From a virus, in the IMG/VR virus record IMGVR_UViG_3300020457_000004, positions 64,001-128,000 of that record: a stretch of DNA of 64,000 nucleotides. The stretch is one strand, 5' to 3'. The stretch's first letter is position 1. Every line of letters starts with the position of its first letter. A program made the position numbers and the translations under genes. This document shows, in pieces, positions 57,572-64,000 of this stretch. The notes below the pieces were generated by a model. The model made no database searches, was not told the DNA's origin, and saw only the letters and a program-made list of their open reading frames with translations.

Positions 57572-58952
57572 CCCACCACTCCAATAAATGTTCATATTCT
57601 GGAAAAGTTTTGCTAAAGTTTTTCTGTCTTCTGATATCGTAGGCTTTTATATAATTTACAAAGTCTGCTCTATATTTTTCAGCACCTTCGTGTTCTTGTC
57701 TTAGGTATTCACAAAACCTTTGTATCTGGTCATACTCTTCCAAATAAATTCTTGCAAACTTGTCTGGTGAATTATATTTCAACCAAACCTTCGCGGTCAA
57801 TTCGTAATCAGATGCATACGATATTCTCGTATTCCTGTCTAACAAGGTGCATTGTAGGTGGGGTGGGAATCTCAAATAGTTTATACTTAGCGGTATTCTA
57901 TTGTTTGCTAAATCTTTATTATATTTGATTCTTAACTGCATGATGTCTTCGATAAACTGGTCAAAGGTAGTCATACTTAATATGTTCAATGTAGTCATAA
58001 TCGCAACATTGGCATCTGTTTCTGATAATACCTTTTCTACATTGCGCCGCCAGTAATCATAATCCATTCCATCTCTAATGTATTCTGCTTGTTCTCCTAT
58101 TGCTTCTGCGCTTGTATATATCTCAATTTGTTTTACTTTATCTTTTAATTTATTTACTGCGTCAACAAGTCGCTTTATTAATTCTGGTGGTGTACCTAGA
58201 TTACTATTAATTGCAATAGACAATTCTGGGTTTGCATTTTCATATATGTAGTCCAAAGTTTTCCATACATCCTTACTCATGGTAGGTTCGCCACCTGTCA
58301 TTCGGAATACTTTCAAATGAGGAAGGGCTTCTGGAAACCATTTCCAAAATGCATCGACATATGGATTTGGGTCAGAGTGTTTATATGGGAACTTTTCTAC
58401 TTGTCTTAAATAGTCCAAGTTACCAGAACCAAACTGTACAGGATAGTCACCATTCTTTTCTATGTCCTTCATCCACTTAGAACTAATCTCTGGTGAACAA
58501 TACGCACACGCGAAATTACATGCATTTGAAAACGATACTTCTAGGTATGTTGGATAGACATCTTTAGTGGGGTTATCAGTTGCAATAACATTAACCTTGT
58601 CCCATGACCACCAATCAGCAGTCTTATAATGGCGGTCAGAGAAATGGTCTTTACCTTGGTCTTCTATTTTCCAACAGTAATCACACTCCTTTGGCCTTAC
58701 GCCATTTAACATCTTAACTCTTTGTTCTTTTTTGTACTTACTATTATGAAGAGCTGCTGGATTCTCTAATACTTCTTGTACTGGTATTTTGTGAGGCGAG
58801 GGATGGTGACAAGAGTGATTGTACCCATTCTGTAAATAAAGAGTAGTCTGTAACCATTTAGCAGAACAAAAAGAGGGACTAATTTGATTAATCTTTTCTC
58901 TTTTATGCTTTAGTTGTTCAATCCAAAACTCATTGGGTTTATTTTCAGCCAT
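57564..58952 (-). CDS. N-terminal twitch-domain radical SAM protein (KW/CHH subgroup)
   Basis: FCSAKW..SCHHP..ECDYCWKIE; CNFACAYC; TGGEP; NSNL; EYIRDG. Confidence 0.9.
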   Translation of the reverse strand: MAENKPNEFWIEQLKHKREKINQISPSFCSAKWLQTTLYLQNGYNHSCHHPSPHKIPVQEVLENPAALHNSKYKKEQRVKMLNGVRPKECDYCWKIEDQGKDHFSDRHYKTADWWSWDKVNVIATDNPTKDVYPTYLEVSFSNACNFACAYCSPEISSKWMKDIEKNGDYPVQFGSGNLDYLRQVEKFPYKHSDPNPYVDAFWKWFPEALPHLKVFRMTGGEPTMSKDVWKTLDYIYENANPELSIAINSNLGTPPELIKRLVDAVNKLKDKVKQIEIYTSAEAIGEQAEYIRDGMDYDYWRRNVEKVLSETDANVAIMTTLNILSMTTFDQFIEDIMQLRIKYNKDLANNRIPLSINYLRFPPHLQCTLLDRNTRISYASDYELTAKVWLKYNSPDKFARIYLEEYDQIQRFCEYLRQEHEGAEKYRADFVNYIKAYDIRRQKNFSKTFPEYEHLLEWWDA

Positions 58953-60222
58953 CACATAACTCATAAAAATATGTCAACTCTGGAAACGATTCGTGCCAGT
59001 TAGTGTTTCTTCGTTTATCATGTTCATCGACAAATGTTTTAAAATCCTTCCTGTGACTATTTAGGCGTTCTCCAGTAAATCTATTTGCGTCAACCCACTT
59101 GAGTAATCTTTCAAATTTTACAACTTCCGCGTGATTAAACTCTTTGTTATATGACATAAACTGATAACTATCTTCTAATGTTTCTCTCATATCATCATCC
59201 ATTATAAGACATGATAGGTGAGGTGGGTTTGTCATAAAAGGTGTATCAATCAATACATCCCCTATATCTTTTAGTTGTACAACATAATATAAGAAGTCTT
59301 TAAATCTAGGTATACTTAATAAACAAAAAGTTGTCATAAAACTTAATGGGATTTTGTGATTAATAACAGTAAGTACATTCTGGTCAAACAAGTCCCAGTT
59401 AAGTCCGTGTCTAATCCACTCTGCTTGTTTTCCAAATGTATCTACACTAGCATACACTTTAGAGTTTGCTGGTAACAAGTTACATGCTTCTGTTACCCTT
59501 CTGTTAGATATCGATAAGTTACTGTTTACATGAAAGTTGATAGACTCTCCACGCAGCCTGTCCATCATATCAAATGTACTTTTATGCAATAGGGGTTCTC
59601 CACCAGTTATTCTTAAAGTGTTAAGATGTTTTCTTGCCTCACTAAACCAATCCCAGAACTTATCTAATAAGGGGTTGTCATCATCCTTATAAAGTTCTTC
59701 TGTCCCATTTAATTCATATTGACCTCTGTTCTCTGGGTCTGCAAGAGGATACGCGCCTTCTTTTTTTATTTCTTTTAACAAGGTAGAACTTAGAGATGGA
59801 GCACAATAAGAACATTTCATTTGACATGTGTTTGAAAAACTCATTTCCAAGTATTTTGGATACACATATTCATCCCACTTTAAGTTAGCGGTGGTTTCAA
59901 TGATGTCCTCTTCCATCTGTGTGTATATTGGAGTGAGAGTTGTTCTAGGACTTACAGCACCAACATCTTCTGCCTTCCAACAGTAAGAACACTCATTTGG
60001 TCTACCGCCTTCCAGCATGGTCTTTCTTTGTTGCATCTTGTGAAGAGTATTGTGCATATCTTCATCAAGTTTAAGGTTTTGTTGTGGACAATGAAAACAA
60101 GAATGATAATTACCTGTTCCCAGATGCATCTCTAAATGCCACCACTTTAATACACAGAAACCTTTTCCTATCGCATTGTTTCTTCTTGTAATGTCATCTA
60201 GGTATTTAGCGACCTCGTTCAT
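58945..60222 (-). CDS. N-terminal twitch-domain radical SAM protein (KW subgroup)
   Basis: FCVLKW..SCFHC..ECSYCWKAE; CQMKCSYC; TGGEP; NSNL; EWIR.GL. Confidence 0.9.
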   Translation of the reverse strand: MNEVAKYLDDITRRNNAIGKGFCVLKWWHLEMHLGTGNYHSCFHCPQQNLKLDEDMHNTLHKMQQRKTMLEGGRPNECSYCWKAEDVGAVSPRTTLTPIYTQMEEDIIETTANLKWDEYVYPKYLEMSFSNTCQMKCSYCAPSLSSTLLKEIKKEGAYPLADPENRGQYELNGTEELYKDDDNPLLDKFWDWFSEARKHLNTLRITGGEPLLHKSTFDMMDRLRGESINFHVNSNLSISNRRVTEACNLLPANSKVYASVDTFGKQAEWIRHGLNWDLFDQNVLTVINHKIPLSFMTTFCLLSIPRFKDFLYYVVQLKDIGDVLIDTPFMTNPPHLSCLIMDDDMRETLEDSYQFMSYNKEFNHAEVVKFERLLKWVDANRFTGERLNSHRKDFKTFVDEHDKRRNTNWHESFPELTYFYELCDG

Positions 60223-60970
60223 TACACCTCAAAACATGAGTAAAGATATTACTCTGATTGCCTAATATCGAAGCAAAGTGTGTGGTATCTTTTGGAAAAC
60301 AAGAACCACCAAAACCATATTCTCCATCTGGGCCTGGCACATCCCAATGTGAGGTTCCAAGGTTTGCATGTTCCTTCAACAACCCCGATACATTTTTATA
60401 TTCTATGTTTTCTTCTACACATACTTTATGAATATAGTTTGCCATAGTTACTTTAGCAGCTAACATCGCGTTTCTAGATAACTTATAAATCGCAGCTGTT
60501 TTTGGGGAAACAAATATTGTTTTGCGATTAATAAACCAAGTCTCTATTTCTGCTTGTGTATCACCATCAGCACCAATGATAAAAGGTATTGACTTGTCAT
60601 CTGAATCTTCTTCCCAATTTTTTTCTCGCAAAAACTCAGGCCAATGAATCCAACCTTCTTCTAAATTATCTGGGCCTACTGTACTACGAATGACTATTCT
60701 TGTTCTATCTGGTACATTTTCTATTGCTTCGTGTATAATAGACATATCAAACTCATTACCACTATAAAAATGATCCATTACACTATAGTTCTGTACTAGT
60801 GGTGTTGGAACACACACAAATGCATAGTCAATTAAATCCCATTCATCTGGTGATATCTTTGCATTGTATTTGGGGTCTACTATTTGTATTCTTGAGATTT
60901 CTTTGACACCCCTAAGTATTCTTTCAGTAGCCTTCCCACAAAATCCGTAACCAATTATTGCGACATTCAT
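60206..60970 (-). CDS. short UDP-glucose/GDP-mannose dehydrogenase family protein
   Basis: GYGFCG, FVCVPTP, IRSTV, PEFLRE, K..RN..LA.K, VPGPDG.YGFGGSCFPKD; lacks the C-terminal UDP-binding domain. Confidence 0.85.
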   Translation of the reverse strand: MNVAIIGYGFCGKATERILRGVKEISRIQIVDPKYNAKISPDEWDLIDYAFVCVPTPLVQNYSVMDHFYSGNEFDMSIIHEAIENVPDRTRIVIRSTVGPDNLEEGWIHWPEFLREKNWEEDSDDKSIPFIIGADGDTQAEIETWFINRKTIFVSPKTAAIYKLSRNAMLAAKVTMANYIHKVCVEENIEYKNVSGLLKEHANLGTSHWDVPGPDGEYGFGGSCFPKDTTHFASILGNQSNIFTHVLRCNERGR

Positions 60971-61560
60971 TCTTTGTACCCCATTGCTGTAAATCTAGTG
61001 TAAGTTGAGTTGTTAGGGCCAGGCAATTCTATTGCTGACTTATAAGTTACATTCGTACATAGGTTCCACTCTAAAAAGTATTCAAGTGATTTAAATGAAC
61101 GAACATGTTCTGGTATATCAAGGTTATTTCCTTGTACTATATAAAAAGTATCTTTTGGAATATTGTGCCACCAGAAAGAGTAAGAGTGTTGGTGTACATG
61201 TTCTGTACTAGTGTTTATAACGACATCTGGTTTTCTGGGGTACTGATAGTCTTTCATATCTGCCGTTACATAAGTTAGGTTTGAATTGCGAAAATATATG
61301 TCGCCAATTTCTTTACATTGTTCGTCAATGTCGATTGAATATATTTCATTTGCAATTATGTTATCATTAAGCAAATGTGCAAGTACTCCATACCATCCAC
61401 CAAAAATATAAAAATTTCCGTGAAGGTCTTGGGGTATATTGTCTATGATTTCTGCTTTAGATTTTAGTTGCGTATCCCAAAAACATTCTGTGAATCGAGG
61501 GTTTGATTTTTCTCTAACATAATTAAACCATCGTGCTACTGTTTCATGTTCAATGTTCAT
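60967..61560 (-). CDS. class I SAM-dependent methyltransferase-like protein
   Basis: IFGGWYG, SIDID, TADM, DVVINTSTEH. Confidence 0.7.
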   Translation of the reverse strand: MNIEHETVARWFNYVREKSNPRFTECFWDTQLKSKAEIIDNIPQDLHGNFYIFGGWYGVLAHLLNDNIIANEIYSIDIDEQCKEIGDIYFRNSNLTYVTADMKDYQYPRKPDVVINTSTEHVHQHSYSFWWHNIPKDTFYIVQGNNLDIPEHVRSFKSLEYFLEWNLCTNVTYKSAIELPGPNNSTYTRFTAMGYKE

Positions 61561-62128
61561 TTCTTATCTCCAAATTAAAAGGAACAACATTCTTTTTAGG
61601 AATGAATTCCTCGTCCACTAAATTAATAACATAGATGTACTGGTAATATTCTGCTACAGGGTCAACCTTAAACATATACTTTTTGTTCCATATTATATCT
61701 TTCCACCAAGTATCAAAGTCTTCTTTCCAATCTTGATAATTTGGTGACTTCCTTTTGTTTTGCCATATCGCGTTATAACCAGTTCTATTAACATCAATAG
61801 AAGCCCAGAGATGTTTGTATCCATTCTCCTTCGCCCATTGTATCTGATATCTCGTGAGAGGCATCCCATAAGTAGTTCTTCTAAATTCTTTTAATGTGTG
61901 CAATCTACACATTCTTAATGCGGTGGGGTTGTCCGTATAATGGTCAACCTCGGCCGCTTGACAGGAGGCAAGTTTTCCATCTTCCCATAAAAGATGAAAT
62001 ACTCCATTAAGATTATCGGGGTCTAACTTCTCTTCAATGAGAGAGTCATTGTCTTCCGCGAGAGCTTGTTCTCTGAATTTTTCCCAATGTTTTTTATGTT
62101 TCTTTTCGTATGGCGTAATTTTCCACAT
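61550..62128 (-). CDS. GNAT-like acyltransferase
   Basis: RMCRLHTLKEFRRTTYG...QIQWAKENGYKHLW resembles GNAT motif A/B. Confidence 0.5.
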   Translation of the reverse strand: MWKITPYEKKHKKHWEKFREQALAEDNDSLIEEKLDPDNLNGVFHLLWEDGKLASCQAAEVDHYTDNPTALRMCRLHTLKEFRRTTYGMPLTRYQIQWAKENGYKHLWASIDVNRTGYNAIWQNKRKSPNYQDWKEDFDTWWKDIIWNKKYMFKVDPVAEYYQYIYVINLVDEEFIPKKNVVPFNLEIRNEH

Positions 62129-62801
62129 CTTCTTGGCTCTTCAATGTAAATAACAAAGCAATTCTATCTTCACTTCCATTATGTTCAACGGCATGTTTGT
62201 AACCGATGTTTATAAAATAAGCTGAACCATCTGCTTTTAGGTTATATTCTTCCCTCTGGTTTTTTGGCCAGAAGGCATTTATAACATTGTCCGTACCAGA
62301 TATGGGTACGACAATTCTAACCGCATAAGAAGCATCATAATCTATATGAGGTTGTATTTCTTTTCCTTTTGGTAACCAATGTATTCTGGTTCTACAGGAC
62401 TCCGCCTTAAAGTTTTCTGTTATGTGTCTATGAATATAACTACCTTTATAATGAGGCATGTCATAGTCCCACATATGTTCATTACCAACTGGTGAAAGTT
62501 TATTTGTTCTTTCGTGTTTGTTTTTATAAACCTCTGTTTTACTTTTTCCTAAATCAAGACTAGGGTTCTTCATTTCTTCCCAGTATTCTGGTCTAAGGTA
62601 TTGACAAGGGTATTCTTTAAAATCATTATATTCAAGTCCTCTTATAAAATCCGCGTTAGCGAAATTTGTGATTCCTTCGTTTGATTCGTATACATCACCC
62701 CAACCACCTTGGTCTAATGAGTCTATATAATGTTTTATTTTGTCAATATCAAATTCAATATCCAGTTTTGCAACTGTGGGTAAATCTCTTTTTCTAAGCA
62801 T
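62094..62801 (-). CDS. aspartyl/asparaginyl beta-hydroxylase-like 2OG-Fe(II) oxygenase
   Basis: RTRIHWLP...IQPHID..RIVVPI...DGSAYFINIGYKHAVEH.GSEDRI.L. Confidence 0.75.
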   Translation of the reverse strand: MLRKRDLPTVAKLDIEFDIDKIKHYIDSLDQGGWGDVYESNEGITNFANADFIRGLEYNDFKEYPCQYLRPEYWEEMKNPSLDLGKSKTEVYKNKHERTNKLSPVGNEHMWDYDMPHYKGSYIHRHITENFKAESCRTRIHWLPKGKEIQPHIDYDASYAVRIVVPISGTDNVINAFWPKNQREEYNLKADGSAYFINIGYKHAVEHNGSEDRIALLFTLKSQEDVENYAIRKET

Positions 62802-63522
62802 GTTTTAATAACCGAATAATTTTTCCACCTATATCCCAAGGATGAAAATTCCAACTCCACGGTTCATCGTGATGTTTCGCGTGAAACCCTTCACCAAATG
62901 TAACCATTCCTAACCAATAATCACTATGAGGTTTCCCACCTCTATGTGAATGTATGAATACTAATGAACCTATCAACTTAGCAAATCCAGCGGGAGCTAA
63001 CCATGCGTATATTACTGTTTCAATACCACCAATTGTAAATAAAGTAAATCCCCATAAGCACAATAACTGCCAATAATATCGATGTTGTTTCTTGCATAAA
63101 TCATTCCTTAACAAATCTTTCTTTACATACTGCATTTTAGGTAAAGACATCACTTGAGAGTAGTAACAACGAATGAATCCTTGATACTCTGGAGAGTGAG
63201 GGTCTTTATCTGTATCCGCGTGTACATGATGTTCCCTATGTTGAGCAACCCATGCTAGTGCTGGGCCAACCATCATAATGTGGGCAAAAAACATCATGAC
63301 ATATTCTAACCATTTTGAACATTTGAAACTATAATGACTCCAGTATCTATGATATCCCATTGTGATACCAAAGGTCATAATTCCAAAGTACATAAATGCA
63401 CAAATCGCCCAAGTCACAGGTGTACCAATGAAAAACATGGGTATAACTGAAAGTTGAGCAATAGTCTGACCAACTAATAAACTAATTGGTGTCGGTCTCA
63501 TAAGTCTTCCTAAGATATTCAT
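62794..63522 (-). CDS. membrane fatty acid desaturase (delta-9-like)
   Basis: Three His boxes GYHRYWSH, HREHH..AD...DPHSP, GEGFHAKHH; hydrophobic segments. Confidence 0.9.
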   Translation of the reverse strand: MNILGRLMRPTPISLLVGQTIAQLSVIPMFFIGTPVTWAICAFMYFGIMTFGITMGYHRYWSHYSFKCSKWLEYVMMFFAHIMMVGPALAWVAQHREHHVHADTDKDPHSPEYQGFIRCYYSQVMSLPKMQYVKKDLLRNDLCKKQHRYYWQLLCLWGFTLFTIGGIETVIYAWLAPAGFAKLIGSLVFIHSHRGGKPHSDYWLGMVTFGEGFHAKHHDEPWSWNFHPWDIGGKIIRLLKHA

Positions 63523-63528
63523 GTTAAC

Positions 63529-63564
63529 TATTTATATCGCTCTGCAAAGCGCCTATTATAAATA
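63529..63564. promoter_or_regulatory. back-to-back T4-type late promoters
   Basis: TATAAATA on minus (63529-63536), 6 nt before ATG 63522; TATAAATA on plus (63557-63564), upstream of 63664. Confidence 0.8.
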
Positions 63565-63663
63565 GTCGCATAGTAGGGTATACTATACCACAAGTGAGAG
63601 AGGAAGTCAAGCGAATTCCTTAGTTTGGTAATGGTTTGTTAAACATTCCAATAGAGGAGAAAA

Positions 63664-64000
63664 ATGAAATTTAGGAAGCAGATATGTCTTATTTTTGGCA
63701 TGCTGTTGATAGCAGGGCCAGCTCTGGCTAATAACACAACTAGTACTGTTAACACAACTACGAATAGCACAGTTAACAGCACTACGAATAACACCAACAC
63801 TAACAACAACACCAATAATAATACTACAACTACAACTGGTACTCAAACGAATACCAATAATAACACCAATGTGAACACCACAACTTATACTGGCACAAAT
63901 ACTAATACCAATAATAATAACAATGTGAACACCACAACTTATACTGGCACGAGTACGAACACGAATAATAATAACAACAATACGACTTATACTGGAACTA
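63664..64000 (+). CDS. secreted Asn/Thr-rich repeat protein (3'-truncated; not in ORF track)
   Basis: GAGGAG RBS; MKFRKQICLIFGMLLIAGPALA signal peptide, then NNTTSTVNTTTNSTVNSTTNNTNTNNN...; open to the window end. Confidence 0.8.
   Translation, partial: MKFRKQICLIFGMLLIAGPALANNTTSTVNTTTNSTVNSTTNNTNTNNNTNNNTTTTTGTQTNTNNNTNVNTTTYTGTNTNTNNNNNVNTTTYTGTSTNTNNNNNNTTYTGT
63867..63950 (+). repeat. 30-bp direct repeat, period 54 bp, within the N/T-rich CDS
   Basis: CAATGTGAACACCACAACTTATACTGGCAC at 63867 and 63921; partial third copy ACTTATACTGG near 63984. Confidence 0.85.

Noticed and set aside
63867-63995. 30-bp direct repeats as a possible CRISPR array
   Set aside because: Only two full copies, an in-frame 54-bp period, low-complexity 'spacers', inside a coding frame, and no cas genes.
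1-64000. Stop-codon reassignment, introns, inteins or tRNA genes
   Set aside because: Genes are full length and densely packed under the standard code. I saw no splicing motifs or cloverleaf other than the tmRNA domain, though I did not scan computationally.

Overview
This 64 kb AT-rich window comes from a large T4-like myophage, probably aquatic or marine. It has four blocks. (i) A left tailoring cluster (1-5.9 kb) with three glycosyltransferase-like genes, two 2OG-Fe(II) oxygenases and a methyltransferase-like gene. (ii) A baseplate/tail module: VrlC-like protein, gp8, gp7, gp6, gp25, gp5, gp53, gp48, gp4, gp2, gp54-like, two gp26 paralogs, gp51 and a tape-measure-like gene. (iii) gp32/gp59/gp33, a cell-wall hydrolase, a circularly permuted two-piece tmRNA, an exonuclease and phoH. 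(iv) A 22 kb, 23-gene, fully overlapping minus-strand operon behind a T4 late promoter. It encodes seven N-terminal-twitch radical SAM enzymes with sugar-nucleotide, carbamoyl-, methyl- and acetyl-transferase, hydroxylase and desaturase genes, and lies divergent from a secreted Asn/Thr-rich protein. Best leads: the late radical-SAM/glycan tailoring operon, the permuted tmRNA with tag AENNTAYEDYALAA, a lambda G/GT-like -1 frameshift joining gp26 to gp51, and apparently leaderless late mRNAs. All calls come from motif recognition by eye; no searches were run.
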